From Histomonas meleagridis 2922-C6/04-290x (lineage: Eukaryota; Protista; Parabasalia): DNA of 64,000 nucleotides. Of this stretch, positions 52,133 through 63,899 are shown piece by piece (position 1 is the first letter of the stretch; each line of letters starts with the position of its first letter). The stretch covers positions 267,017 to 331,016 of the forward strand of contig JAANOX010000231.1 in NCBI GenBank assembly GCA_020184695.1. Reading direction: 5' to 3'. Position numbers and translations under genes: made by a program. Below the pieces are notes generated by a model. That model searched no databases. It was not told the origin of the DNA and was given only the letters and a program-made list of their open reading frames with translations.

Positions 52133-54502
52133 TTAATTACCAAAAAATTCAACATTTTCTTCATTTTCTTCAAATTCAACTTCACTATTCATTTTCTCAT
52201 TCATTACGCATCTAACTCTATCCGCGAATTCCTTCAAATCTGCTCTATTTCCTATAAATTGCAGCAGTACATTCGCAGAGAAGTTAAACGCTTTTGGCCT
52301 TGTGTTTTCTATCCACAATTTTAAAACGTTTTCATTTTGCAACACAATCAAAGGTTCCGTACACAACATTGCAGCAATAATATCGCCGACATAATTAAAG
52401 TCGAAATTTAATATCATTGGTAACCATTCATTAATTAATTGATGATTTACTTCGACGTTTTTATTATAAACAATGAAAATAATTTGCGACAAAGTTATTA
52501 ATGCGAAATAATCATCATAACTCATATCTAATAACATTTCATTAATGATATTAATAATTGGCATCAAAATAATTTGGGAATTATTAATTTGATCCTTAAA
52601 TTTCAAAACAAAGTTTTTATATATTAACGAAATTTGTATTACTTCTGTTCGTCCTTCACTTTCGAAAAAGCTAAACAACAAATTTGGAATCGAAAGATAA
52701 TTCTCATTTAAAACTTTCACATTTATTACACATCCGGAAATGATTTGCAAAAGTTCTTCAGCAAAACTTTCCATAAGACCATTCTCAATGAACTTATTCA
52801 CGCACATTAAAATATAATCGAAAATTTGTTGATTCGAAACATAAAAACAAATTTTATATATCGATTCAGAAAATTTCGATGCACTTCTTCGCGAGTTTTC
52901 TGAATCATCATTTATATAAAACTCAAATAACTCCATAAGTGTAACAATACAATTTTCGGACAATAAATTAAATTTATTTCCAAGAAATTCGATGAATGTT
53001 GGAATCGAATTTGCGATTAATTCAGTTGGAAATTGTTGACTACAAATGAATAAATTTGTTAATGCCGCTTTAATTAATTCTTCTGGTATTTGTGTTATAT
53101 CGAATTGTCCGAAACTTAATAATGTACTAAGAGCACAACTTGATAAATATTGTATAATCGGAAATGAATTTTGTGCTAAAAATGTAATACATGGAATCAC
53201 AAATTGATTTGATATTAATGAATAACATTTAGGGAAATTAATTAAAAAGATTAACGATGAACTTATTAAAATTATATTATTTGATTGTAAATAACTTATA
53301 ACAATTTGTATAAAGTTTTCTAATAATGAATTCGTTTCAAGAAAATTAATTGAAACTGTTGATAATAAAGTAATAAGTGAAAAGTTATTCCATTGATCAT
53401 CGTTTAATTGACTTGCAACAATTTGAAGTATAGTTTGTGATATAATTGGAAACAATTCCGAACATTGATGTAAACACGACGCCGCTGCTGATTTTGGCGT
53501 ATTCGTTTCGGAATATGTCGAAAAATTGTTTTCGATAAACGTTTCAGGCTCAGACACAAATGTTTGTTGCTCACTAATTCCATATGTAAATATTGGCACA
53601 AATATATGTAATATTATGTCGCCTAAATTGGGTAATAATGAATTAAAGATTGATTTATCAGTTAATATTTGAGTAAGAATATTGTATACTAGGATGGTAC
53701 TGGTATAAGAATGATATCTATGAAAGAAATTAAGGATAATTTGCATGAATTCAGGAACATTTATAAGATCGATTGAAATTATTGATGAATTATAAATTAG
53801 TTCAAACGCATCTGATGTAATATCTACAAAACTTGGACCATTAATAGTGTTTATTATATGGAAAGATAATGCAATATATGGTAAAAGCGACTGTGGATTT
53901 GGAAGATAGTTGATAAAATGTGGTACAAACGTGATGAAAAAATAATGTAGAAGAATTTGGGCAGATGGAGATTGAGAGTCATTTGATAAAAAGGCATTTA
54001 AGACATTAGAGGCGGATATGAAAATTGGATCAATGATTTGATGGAATTGTCCAAGATTTATTTTGTGAAAGTCAATCAATGAATTGGTGAGAATAAGGGC
54101 TGGAAGAATTTGATTCATTTGAATAAGATTTGAAATTGTTTGAATTAATTGTTCTTCAGTTCCTTGATTAATACTAAATTTGGCAATGATATCTGAAATA
54201 ATTTCGAGAATTGGTTGGAAGTCTGGTGAAACACACATAGAAAGTTTAACAAATATCTGAATACCACTTTGAGCTAAAAAATTAATGTTTTTTTGGAAAA
54301 CATTCCTTAGCTGTAAAATTCCTGCTTTACAAAGTTCTGTATTTATAATGTCTGGCGATGTAATAATTTCACATAATAATAATGGATATTCTGGATATTG
54401 AAATTGTGATTCTAATTGCATTGTAGCAGCTTGGATTTGTTCATTAGAAGTTCCACGAAATGTTATGATTAACAATTCCTTGATTTGTTCACCAGAGAGC
54501 AT
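52133..54502 (-). CDS. Importin-beta family karyopherin (IPO7/8-like)
   Basis: N-terminal IBN_N-like segment (QIQAATMQLE...KAGILQLRNVFQKN), F..EPETFIE...TPKSAAASCL, HEAT repeats. Confidence 0.7.
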   Translation of the reverse strand: MLSGEQIKELLIITFRGTSNEQIQAATMQLESQFQYPEYPLLLCEIITSPDIINTELCKAGILQLRNVFQKNINFLAQSGIQIFVKLSMCVSPDFQPILEIISDIIAKFSINQGTEEQLIQTISNLIQMNQILPALILTNSLIDFHKINLGQFHQIIDPIFISASNVLNAFLSNDSQSPSAQILLHYFFITFVPHFINYLPNPQSLLPYIALSFHIINTINGPSFVDITSDAFELIYNSSIISIDLINVPEFMQIILNFFHRYHSYTSTILVYNILTQILTDKSIFNSLLPNLGDIILHIFVPIFTYGISEQQTFVSEPETFIENNFSTYSETNTPKSAAASCLHQCSELFPIISQTILQIVASQLNDDQWNNFSLITLLSTVSINFLETNSLLENFIQIVISYLQSNNIILISSSLIFLINFPKCYSLISNQFVIPCITFLAQNSFPIIQYLSSCALSTLLSFGQFDITQIPEELIKAALTNLFICSQQFPTELIANSIPTFIEFLGNKFNLLSENCIVTLMELFEFYINDDSENSRRSASKFSESIYKICFYVSNQQIFDYILMCVNKFIENGLMESFAEELLQIISGCVINVKVLNENYLSIPNLLFSFFESEGRTEVIQISLIYKNFVLKFKDQINNSQIILMPIINIINEMLLDMSYDDYFALITLSQIIFIVYNKNVEVNHQLINEWLPMILNFDFNYVGDIIAAMLCTEPLIVLQNENVLKLWIENTRPKAFNFSANVLLQFIGNRADLKEFADRVRCVMNEKMNSEVEFEENEENVEFFGN

Positions 54503-54652
54503 CTGTGTTCAAGGTGTAAACTATTGGAATATCTATCGGTCTTTTTCGAATTTTTTATATAAAAATGATACATTAATGATATTCACAAATAAACTTATAT
54601 CTTAAAAGAATAAAATTATTTTTCAATTATTTATTTAGTTTTGTTTCCTGAA

Positions 54653-55198
54653 TTATTTCATTTTATGAATTTGTTCACCAAGCCAATCTAATCCTTCATA
54701 TAAACCATCTCCTGTTGTTGCACATGTTCCTTGAACTTGCCATGGACGATTTGTAATTGTGTTAAGTTTTAATCTATTTCCTAATTCCATTGGCTTAATT
54801 GCATTTGGAAGATCTTGTTTATTAGCATAAACAAGTAAAACGGAATTACGTAATTCATCTTCTTCAAGAAGTCTATGCAAAACATCACGTGCTTCATCAA
54901 TTCTTCCGATATCGTTAGAATCAACAACAAAAATAAGTCCTTGTGTATTGTGGAAATAATGTCTCCAAAGTGGTCGAATACGATCTTGACCTCCAACATC
55001 CCATACATTCATGTTAAGTCCTTTGTATTCAAATGTTTCAACATTAAAGCCAATTGTTGGAATTGTTGTTACTTGTTCTCCAAGTTTAAGTTTATATAAA
55101 ACTGTTGTTTTTCCTGCTGCATCAAGTCCTAACATTAAAATCCTTGTTTCTTTATTCCTGAACCATTTGTTATATATATCGCTAAAGAATAAGCCCAT
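54653..55198 (-). CDS. ARF1: ADP-ribosylation factor (ARF1-like GTPase)
   Basis: MG myristoylation start, [56 protein letters not shown]; Inr TCATTT at 55204-55209. Confidence 0.95.
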   Translation of the reverse strand: MGLFFSDIYNKWFRNKETRILMLGLDAAGKTTVLYKLKLGEQVTTIPTIGFNVETFEYKGLNMNVWDVGGQDRIRPLWRHYFHNTQGLIFVVDSNDIGRIDEARDVLHRLLEEDELRNSVLLVYANKQDLPNAIKPMELGNRLKLNTITNRPWQVQGTCATTGDGLYEGLDWLGEQIHKMK

Positions 55199-55959
55199 TG
55201 AATAAATGATATGACTGAATGCTTGAGCAACACATTTCTACAACTTTCCATCTGACCAAAATCGAGATTTAACGATAGAAAATTCTGAACGTTATATTTT
55301 ACATCACTTTTCCCTCTAAAAGAATTGAGCAAAATTCTTAATTTGCGTACCATTTAACATTAAAAATTTAACAAGTATTCCCGAAGTACAACAGTACTTA
55401 AAGTTTTAGAATCTAAAGATCAAGCAAAACGAAGACAATGATAATTATTTCATGAAATTTTATATAAAATATATTTTTTCTTAAATTTGTATAATATTAT
55501 AATTATAATATTACAGTATTTTCTTATAACTTGTTGTATTTAACAATGATTCAAAATATGATATATTATTATTTAACTATGTATTGTATCGTACACAAAT
55601 TTAAATGGAAAGTGACTAAATTCAAAGGAAAATTTGAAAAAATTATTATATCTTCATTCGTCTGCTGTCCTTTCTTATAGTTAGAATCTGAAATGTATTA
55701 AACACATTACAAATAATTTTAAAATTAAAAAGGAATCTATAAGAGGGAAAGTTGGTTGACAGTGTCTTTATTTATATACAGCCGAAATGATCCAAAACCG
55801 CTGATTTTGGAAACATACTCAATTCACATGCCGGTCAAATGACTAGAGGATATCGTATTAGTAAAGCTCACAATCGAGTAACGAACTGAAAACGTGATAT
55901 TATATAATATGTAGAAGCATAATCACAATCATCACATTTATAAAAGTTTACAAACAAAT

Positions 55960-58900
55960 TTAAATATTTACAAAGCTATTATCTTCTTTAAAGTCATCTG
56001 CGAATGGATCTTCTTTAATGTTTTCTGTAATCTTTCCAGTAGTGAATATATTTGTTGTTTCATCATTTCTTTCTTCTGATAAAACTACACTTTCTTCAAT
56101 ATTTCGTTTCTTTTTACGAACAAGAATTAATGTTACTATTACTATTGCTACAATAACAACAATCGCAATTGCAACACAAACTCCAATAATAATATCATTC
56201 TTATTATCATTAGTTTGTTCATAATCATATTGATAAAAAATAGTAAAGAAATCGGAATAAAAACTGATGTATTTCGAAAATATAATAACTTTATATTCAT
56301 AAAATATTTGTTTCGTATGTGTGAAAATTCCATTCGAATTAGAAATTGTATTCGATATGAATGAATTATAAAGTGTAACTGTTTGTGATAATGATATTGT
56401 ATAAGTTAAAATGAATGAATGTGTCATCGTTACATTATATTGATATGAACTTGTGAAAGTATTCGATTGTGAATATGTATTTGTACTAAGAAATATAAAT
56501 GGATGACATTCTTCAATCGTTGTTCCTCTACTAATAGAAAAACCACCAAATTTTCCATCTATATATGTATCAAGTGTCATTACTTTACTTAAATAAACAT
56601 TAGAAAATGCATTTTCAGCAATGTTTGGTTCTACAACACCATAAAAATAAATACAATCCAAATTATAACAATCAAGAAATGCGCCTTCTTCAATCAATTT
56701 TACATTTTCGCCAATGATAATTGTGTTTAACATAGAAATATATGAATTTGATAATTGTATTGTATAAGATGCTTTTACTGGTGCTTGTTGATAATAATAT
56801 GGTGAATAAAATGCATATTTCCCAATAGTTATAACAGAATTTGGAATAAAGATATGTTGTATTGAATAACAATATGAAAATGCAAAGGATCCAATAGAAT
56901 TTACATTATTACCAATAATAACTTCAAATAAATTTTGATTAAATGAAAATGAATAATTCCCAATTGATATAACAGAATTCGGTATTCGAAATGTTTCATT
57001 TGTAATACCATTCGGATATATTATAATTGTAGATATATTTTTATCATAAAGAATTCCATCATTTTCATAATTAGAATAAATTTGATTATCATTAGATACT
57101 TTAATAATTTGAAGATTTAGACATAATAAAAAAGATGTCGAAGATATTGATGTTACTGAAGATGGAATTGTTATATTATTCAAATTATTACAATCACTAA
57201 ATGCATGATCACCAATTGTTTTTAGTTTTTCTCCTAATATAACATTGTTTAAAAAATAACAATTATAAAATGAATAATCATCAATTATTTCAACATTATT
57301 TACAACAATCGATGACAAATATGAATGACCTGCAAAAATATATTTCCCAATTGTTGTTACTGATTTTGGTATTAGATATATACTATTTGGATGACCTTCT
57401 GGATATACAATAATTGTAGATATATCTTTATCATAAAGAATTCCATCATTTTCATGATTAGAATACTTTAAATTATCTGATGAAACATTAATAATTTGAA
57501 GACTTATACATGATACAAAAGCATTTGAAGATATTGATGTAACTGATGCAGGAATTGTTATGTTGTTCATATAAGAACAAGAACAAAATGCATAATCACC
57601 AATTGTTTCTAAATTTTCACTTAAGGTAACACTTTCCAAATAATAACATTCATAAAATGCATGGTCATTAATTGAAATTACTGAATTTGGAATTTCAATA
57701 TTTCTTAAATTAGTACAGTAAGCAAACACAAAGGTATTAATTGCTTTTATGTTTGCATCGAATTTAACAGTTTCCAAATGGTAACAATGACAAAGTGCAT
57801 AAGCACCAATTGATATTATTTTAACACGAATATTGATAAAAGTAAAATAACAGTAACAAAATGCATAATCCCCAATTGAACGCAAAGGACCAGGAATTGA
57901 AGCTCCTATGTTAGAAAGTCCTGATGGATAAATTAAAATTGTTTTGATATCTTTATCATAAAGAATTCCATCATTTTCATAATTAGAATACATTTGATTA
58001 TCTAAAGAAACATTAATAACCTGAAGATTTCTACATGATACAAAAGCAAGTGATGATATTGATGTAACTGATGCAGGAATTGTTATGTTATTTAAAGATG
58101 TACAATAACTAAACGCATAATCACTAATTGTTTCTATGTTTTCTCCTAATATAACAATTTCCAAATTCGTGCAATCATAAAATGCATGGTCATTAATTGA
58201 AAGGACTGAATTTAATATTTTAATCTCTTTTAAATTAGTACAACAAGCAAACGTATAAGAATCAATTACTTTGAGATTAGGTTCTATTACAACAGATTCT
58301 AAATTACTACAGTAACTAAATGCATAAGCACCAATTGAAACATATTTCGAAATATAAATTTCCCCTTCTTTATCATAACCATAAAATGCATAATCTCCAA
58401 GCGAATCTACAGAATTAGGACGAGCAGTTTTTGGATTCATTAAAAGTGGAAAAATTATAACTTTTGTTAAATTTTTATTATAAAGAATTCCATCATTTTC
58501 GTAGTTAGAATACATTTGATTATCTGAAGACACATAAATAAATTGAAGATTACGACATAATAAAAAAGCTGTAGAAGATATTGATGTAACCGAAGATGGA
58601 ATTGTTATATTACTCAACGATGTACAATAACTAAATGAATATTCACCAATTATCTTCAAATTTTCTCCTAATATAACAATTTCTAATCTGCTACATTCAC
58701 TAAATGAATTGGAATTAATTGAAATTAATGAATTAGGAATTGAAATATTTTTCAAATTATAACAATAATAAAATGCATAATCGTTAATAGTTTCTAAATT
58801 TCGTCCAAATGTAACTGTTTCTAATTTATCACAATGATAAAATGCAGATTTATCGATGATTTTCAAATTATCTCCAAGTATAACATTAATCATATTACTT

Positions 58901-59595
58901 GAATCAAATGCATTTTCACCAATAGAAATTACTGAATTCTTGATATCGATTGTTTGGAAATAAGAGTTTCGAAATATTTGATATGGAATATGTTTTATTT
59001 CACCATAAATTATGACGCGTTCAGCATAAGAATATAAATGCCATTTTTTTAATTCTCTATATTTGGTTAATGTGAGTGTTTTTGTTGTATCATCAAATAC
59101 TTCAAATCCATGAATGAAAAATATTGAAAGAATTATAAAACTAAAGAATTTTTCTTTTTTACACAAAAAATTATTCCATAGCCTCTGTGAAATAAAATTG
59201 ATTTTATTTAATAATAAAAAAATAAGTAAAATTATCGATGAGATAAAAATGTTGATTTTGTAATAAAACAACTTAAGCATGAAATATAAGATACGCGTGG
59301 ATTCTCTATTCATGTTAATGTGTCGAAGATATCGTTTCAAATGTAATTTTGTATTTAAATTAAACGGTAACAAGAATGTGTAAAAAGTTTTAATAGGCAT
59401 GAGATGATTACATTTTTTGTGCAAATGTAAATGAATGATGTCACTTGTATTTATGATATCATTATAATTTTCATGATTGAAATCGAGATTTTGATCCACA
59501 AAAACACTTGTTTCATTAATTGTTGATGATCTAGAAGCAAGCTGAGTGTGGTTATCAGTGCGTGATATAACAGACAACAAGAAAAGGTAAAGCAA
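55960..59595 (-). CDS. BspA-like leucine-rich-repeat (TpLRR) surface protein; true start uncertain
   Basis: Many IxxxAFxxCxxLxxIxIPxSVxxI repeats, S/T-rich stalk, TM helix, tail KEDPFADDFKE. The ORF starts at TTG; ATGs at 59313 and 59280 are alternatives. Confidence 0.88.
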   Translation of the reverse strand: MLYLFLLSVISRTDNHTQLASRSSTINETSVFVDQNLDFNHENYNDIINTSDIIHLHLHKKCNHLMPIKTFYTFLLPFNLNTKLHLKRYLRHINMNRESTRILYFMLKLFYYKINIFISSIILLIFLLLNKINFISQRLWNNFLCKKEKFFSFIILSIFFIHGFEVFDDTTKTLTLTKYRELKKWHLYSYAERVIIYGEIKHIPYQIFRNSYFQTIDIKNSVISIGENAFDSSNMINVILGDNLKIIDKSAFYHCDKLETVTFGRNLETINDYAFYYCYNLKNISIPNSLISINSNSFSECSRLEIVILGENLKIIGEYSFSYCTSLSNITIPSSVTSISSTAFLLCRNLQFIYVSSDNQMYSNYENDGILYNKNLTKVIIFPLLMNPKTARPNSVDSLGDYAFYGYDKEGEIYISKYVSIGAYAFSYCSNLESVVIEPNLKVIDSYTFACCTNLKEIKILNSVLSINDHAFYDCTNLEIVILGENIETISDYAFSYCTSLNNITIPASVTSISSLAFVSCRNLQVINVSLDNQMYSNYENDGILYDKDIKTILIYPSGLSNIGASIPGPLRSIGDYAFCYCYFTFINIRVKIISIGAYALCHCYHLETVKFDANIKAINTFVFAYCTNLRNIEIPNSVISINDHAFYECYYLESVTLSENLETIGDYAFCSCSYMNNITIPASVTSISSNAFVSCISLQIINVSSDNLKYSNHENDGILYDKDISTIIVYPEGHPNSIYLIPKSVTTIGKYIFAGHSYLSSIVVNNVEIIDDYSFYNCYFLNNVILGEKLKTIGDHAFSDCNNLNNITIPSSVTSISSTSFLLCLNLQIIKVSNDNQIYSNYENDGILYDKNISTIIIYPNGITNETFRIPNSVISIGNYSFSFNQNLFEVIIGNNVNSIGSFAFSYCYSIQHIFIPNSVITIGKYAFYSPYYYQQAPVKASYTIQLSNSYISMLNTIIIGENVKLIEEGAFLDCYNLDCIYFYGVVEPNIAENAFSNVYLSKVMTLDTYIDGKFGGFSISRGTTIEECHPFIFLSTNTYSQSNTFTSSYQYNVTMTHSFILTYTISLSQTVTLYNSFISNTISNSNGIFTHTKQIFYEYKVIIFSKYISFYSDFFTIFYQYDYEQTNDNKNDIIIGVCVAIAIVVIVAIVIVTLILVRKKKRNIEESVVLSEERNDETTNIFTTGKITENIKEDPFADDFKEDNSFVNI

Positions 59596-60108
59596 GTTTT
59601 ATGTGGTTTATAACGATTTTTTTGTAACATTTCGATAGTGAATTACACTTATTGAATTTGAATTTTGAAAATTTTACTAGTCCAACTGTACTTTCAATTT
59701 TCTTCGTAAATAATTGAAATTTTTTTTTGTTAGGCTCGAGCCGAATTAATAGTCAATTTGAATTGAATTTGAAAGCACTTGAACTTCTCTGCCGATACGA
59801 ATTTCACTGATTTACATAGATTTAAGGTCGTGACATGTCGTATATGATTATTTTTTGTTGTATTTTGTCATAAAAATTTACATTGCAAGTTTTTGAAAAC
59901 TTTATTTTATAATAGTTTATTTACGAGGGCAAAAACTTTTGTATAACTTACACGTAGACTTTTTGAGAGTAAAATACACTTTTTGAATGTTGTGCTGTGA
60001 AGTACGATTCGTCATAAATTATGAAAAGACATCGAAAAATTATTAATTAAAAACAAACAAAAATATAATTATCTAGATTTATTATCATTATAATCAGTAA
60101 AATAAAAA

Positions 60109-62568
60109 TCAAAGTTTTTCATCACTGTTCATGATGACGTTATTATCTGCTGTTGTCACTATGTATTCACAAGCTGATGAATTTTCTTCATCAATAGATA
60201 CAGACCCTCTCAAAAAGAAATAAACAAAAATACCAATGCCAACCAACACCAAAGCCACTACAACCACTATTATAGAAATTAAACTATTAGACAAGTAAAA
60301 ATTGTTGTTATTTTCGGTGTATATATTTAAATAAGTAATAAAATAAACAATTGAATTCGTTTTGATGTAAGTTTCAACATAATCAATGAATATTACTTCG
60401 TTTTGGTATATGACTGTTGGTATGCTATTATTGAGATATGAAATTGTTGGCGAAAACTTAGAAATTGTACTTATGTATGAATAACTTAAAATAAATTCAT
60501 TTATATAACTCATTACGTATGAAGGCGAAACATTAAATGAATAAGAAATTATTAATTTATTCGTAAATGTAAATGTATTTGATGATATAAATGAATTCGA
60601 TTGTGTAAATTCCATTGTTCGTAATGGTAAACATTCGTTTGATGATGTTTTTACTGTTAAATTACCAAATGTTTCATTTAAATATTTATTATATGTTATA
60701 ACATAATTAGTTTTAACATTTGCAAATGCATTTTCACAAATTTTTGGTTCAATATTTCCGAAAAAGTAAATACATTTCAAATTTGTACAATTTGCAAATG
60801 CTTCATCTTTAATTATTTGGATATGTTCTTGCAATTTTATATTTTCCATTTGATAACAATTGCAAAATGATTTTATACCAATAATTCGTAATGAATTCGG
60901 TAATGGTATATTATTTAATTTATAACAATCACTAAATACATAATCTGAAATTTCATAAATATTTTCATTTAAATAAATAGTTTCCATATTATAACATAAA
61001 CCAAATGTACCTTCATCAATAATTGTAATATTGTTAGGTAATATAATATTATTTAAATTATTACAACCATAAAATGAATATTTACCAATGACTTTAATGT
61101 TATCACAGAATTTTACATATGTTAAATTGAAACATTGTGAAAATGTACAATTGCCAATAATTGTAACCGAATTAGGAATTTCAATCTCTTTCAAATTATA
61201 ACAACTTTGAAATGAGTTATCGCCAATAACACTTAAATTATTTCCAAATTTTACTTCTGTTAAATTATAACATTCTAAAAATGCTGCATAACCAATTTGT
61301 TTTACTGAATTAGGAATTTCTATAAAGTTTAATGATAAACATCCACAAAATGAATAATTACCTAACACTTCGATACTATTGCCTAATGTAACATTAATTA
61401 AATTTTTGCAATAACTAAATGAATATTGTCCTAAAACTTTAACTGAATTCGAAACTTTAACATATAACAAATTGGTACATCTAAAAAAAGCCCTATTTCC
61501 CACTTCTGTCACTGTATCTGGAATTTCTATAAAGTTTAAGTTACTGCACATTTCAAATGCTGAATCTCCAATGGAATTTAGTGTGTTAAGTAACGTAACA
61601 TTTATTAAATTTTCGCAATTATAAAAAGTATAACGATTGATAGTTTCCATATTCTTACTTAAAACTACAGATTTAAGTTCAGTACATTCATAAAATAAAC
61701 GATTGCCAGTGTAATTAACTGAATTCGGTAAAATAATCGATTTCAAACTTGTACACTGAGTAAACACACTGCTAGCAATTGTTTGTAAATTAGAATTATC
61801 TTCAAATTCAACTGTTTCAAGATTACGACATAGTCCAAATGAAGACATATTAATCATAATGAGAGATGAAGGAAATATTAAATTCGTTAAAGAACTGCAT
61901 AATGAAAATGCTTGTTCTCCGATAACCTTTAGGTTTTTACTAAAAGTTACACTTGTTAAGAAAACACATGAAGAAAACGCATATTGATTAATAACAGTAA
62001 CAGAGTCTGGAAGAGTAATTGTGCTTAAGAATGTGCATTGAATAAATAAGGAAAAATTAATTTCTTTTAAATGCTTACTAAGACTAATTTCTTTCAAATT
62101 AGTACAAAAGCCAAATGAAAACATGCCAATGCTTTCAACATAATTAGGCATATCAAACGTGGAAAGGCTAATGCAACTTAGAAATACATAGTTTTCAATT
62201 GTGGTAAGATTGGAAAGAATTGTCATGTTTTCTAAATTAGAACAGTCTGAAAATGATGAAGATCCGATCTTTTTAACACCTTTCCCGATCAAAACCGTTT
62301 TTAACGAAGAACAAGAAGAAAACGAATATTCACAAATTTCTTGAACTGAATCTCCAATAACTACATTATCAAGACTTGACCATTGATAAAAAGCACTATT
62401 TCCAATGCTGATGACACCCTCATAAATTTGAAGATTTTTAATTCCTGTAGAAGTATATTCATTTGCTTCAATATATGTATTGTTTGAAATAATAAGAGTG
62501 TCACTGGGCGGATCAGAACCATTGTTTATATTTGCTCTTATGTAAATGAAAAACAATAGAAAGAGCAT
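60109..62568 (-). CDS. BspA-like leucine-rich-repeat surface protein
   Basis: ATG 62568 with signal peptide MLFLLFFIYIRA; TpLRR repeats, S/T stalk, TM helix; Inr-like TCATTG and ACCGTTTA box (62613) upstream. Confidence 0.92.
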   Translation of the reverse strand: MLFLLFFIYIRANINNGSDPPSDTLIISNNTYIEANEYTSTGIKNLQIYEGVISIGNSAFYQWSSLDNVVIGDSVQEICEYSFSSCSSLKTVLIGKGVKKIGSSSFSDCSNLENMTILSNLTTIENYVFLSCISLSTFDMPNYVESIGMFSFGFCTNLKEISLSKHLKEINFSLFIQCTFLSTITLPDSVTVINQYAFSSCVFLTSVTFSKNLKVIGEQAFSLCSSLTNLIFPSSLIMINMSSFGLCRNLETVEFEDNSNLQTIASSVFTQCTSLKSIILPNSVNYTGNRLFYECTELKSVVLSKNMETINRYTFYNCENLINVTLLNTLNSIGDSAFEMCSNLNFIEIPDTVTEVGNRAFFRCTNLLYVKVSNSVKVLGQYSFSYCKNLINVTLGNSIEVLGNYSFCGCLSLNFIEIPNSVKQIGYAAFLECYNLTEVKFGNNLSVIGDNSFQSCYNLKEIEIPNSVTIIGNCTFSQCFNLTYVKFCDNIKVIGKYSFYGCNNLNNIILPNNITIIDEGTFGLCYNMETIYLNENIYEISDYVFSDCYKLNNIPLPNSLRIIGIKSFCNCYQMENIKLQEHIQIIKDEAFANCTNLKCIYFFGNIEPKICENAFANVKTNYVITYNKYLNETFGNLTVKTSSNECLPLRTMEFTQSNSFISSNTFTFTNKLIISYSFNVSPSYVMSYINEFILSYSYISTISKFSPTISYLNNSIPTVIYQNEVIFIDYVETYIKTNSIVYFITYLNIYTENNNNFYLSNSLISIIVVVVALVLVGIGIFVYFFLRGSVSIDEENSSACEYIVTTADNNVIMNSDEKL

Positions 62569-62894
62569 CGATAATTTTGGTTGTTTTCTATTCAATGAGA
62601 ATATTTTTGGAGACCGTTTATTGGTTTACAGCGCACATTCAATTCTTCATCCAATCATCGCACACACATTAATGTGCTTTTCTTAACTTTTAAATTTATT
62701 TTTATGCAACCTGAAAAAAGAAGAAATTATATGCAAAATATTTTCAATGAAAAGGATAATTTTTCAAATTTGAAGTATTCAACAAAATTAATATATAGAT
62801 TAAAATATTTTGATAAGAAACATTATTTCACATGATATTCATTGATGCTTATTGTATTCAGGTGATATGTCGCATGATATTATTCTTAAAAATG

Positions 62895-63005
62895 AAAAGT
62901 GGTTGCATAAAAATTTTTACAACGATAGAATTGAATGAATAAAAAATCATCGGATTTATATTCAAAAACTGAAGTGTTTCGGAAAATCTTTCTTCAACCA
63001 CTTTA
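62895..63005 (+). mobile_element. MITE-like element, copy 2
   Basis: aaaagtggttgcataaaa...ttcggaaaatctttcttcaaccacttta; ~27-bp imperfect TIRs; 38-nt core identical to copy 1. Confidence 0.7.
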
Positions 63006-63899
63006 TTCGAGGAATCGTATTTTCATAGCATAACGGTCGTTTTCATTGAATTATTGTATAGTTTATGCTTTCAAATTCTTTGTTTTTTTCCGATAAGTGA
63101 CTCTTTACACCAAGTGAAATTAAATTAATAAAATTGAATGCAATTGTCGTTTTGCATTGATCAAAATTGAATGTAAAAATTCAATTTCATAAATCATCTT
63201 GTAGATCAAAGATCGAAAGAATTTCATTATCGTATCAATCATAATTACGTGAACTTTGTTTGTGTGAATAAAATCAAATATATATTTCGAATATTAATAT
63301 AAATGCAGCAAAAAATCGTCTATTAATACAGATGAAATAGATATAATAAAAATTTTGTTGAATTATAATTTGATTAAAAATATGTGTGAATCGTTTAATA
63401 AGTATCTTTTTTCCTGAATATATTATATATTTATTATGAAATAAATAGCATATGTGATATCACATGTTCTGAAATTAGAGAAAAAAAAATTAAGATTAAA
63501 AATTTCGTTGTCAAATAAATAGTAATTATCATAAAAAATAAATATAAGTTGATTATTCATCGAGTGGGTCTATGTGTGTCAGTGTGTATATTCATAAATA
63601 GTAAGATTAGTCATATGTAATTAGGGATAAGATATAATTTTATCACTTTGGTTTTAGTCAACTTATATAGCAAAATAAAAAGTTCATATAATTATCACAT
63701 ATAAGCAAATATCAAAATCTACATTTCTGATTTCATTTAATTTTTCGAAATAGTAGTGTGAATGATAACAAACTACTATTATATTGTGTGAATAATATCA
63801 AATAATAAATAAATAGTAGTGTAAATTGTATTTAAATCAGTGATTTAATACATTAAATAAATTTTTTATAAGTTTTTATTATTATTTATGCTAATATCA

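Noticed and set aside
5187-55198. Apparent cluster of trafficking genes (VPS9, SCAMP, Vps8-like, TBC, HEATR5-like, ARF1)
   Set aside because: These families are heavily expanded in parabasalids and are interspersed with unrelated genes, so chance co-occurrence is likely.
55204-55256. C/D-box snoRNA-like pattern (ATGATA...CTGA) upstream of ARF1
   Set aside because: Box C is imperfect and the span is short (~50 nt). The sequence doubles as the ARF1 initiator on the other strand, and no rRNA complement could be verified.
1989-56872. Numerous 60-170 aa ORFs nested in or antisense to recognised genes
   Set aside because: They overlap well-supported CDSs, mostly have non-ATG starts, and show no recognisable motifs.
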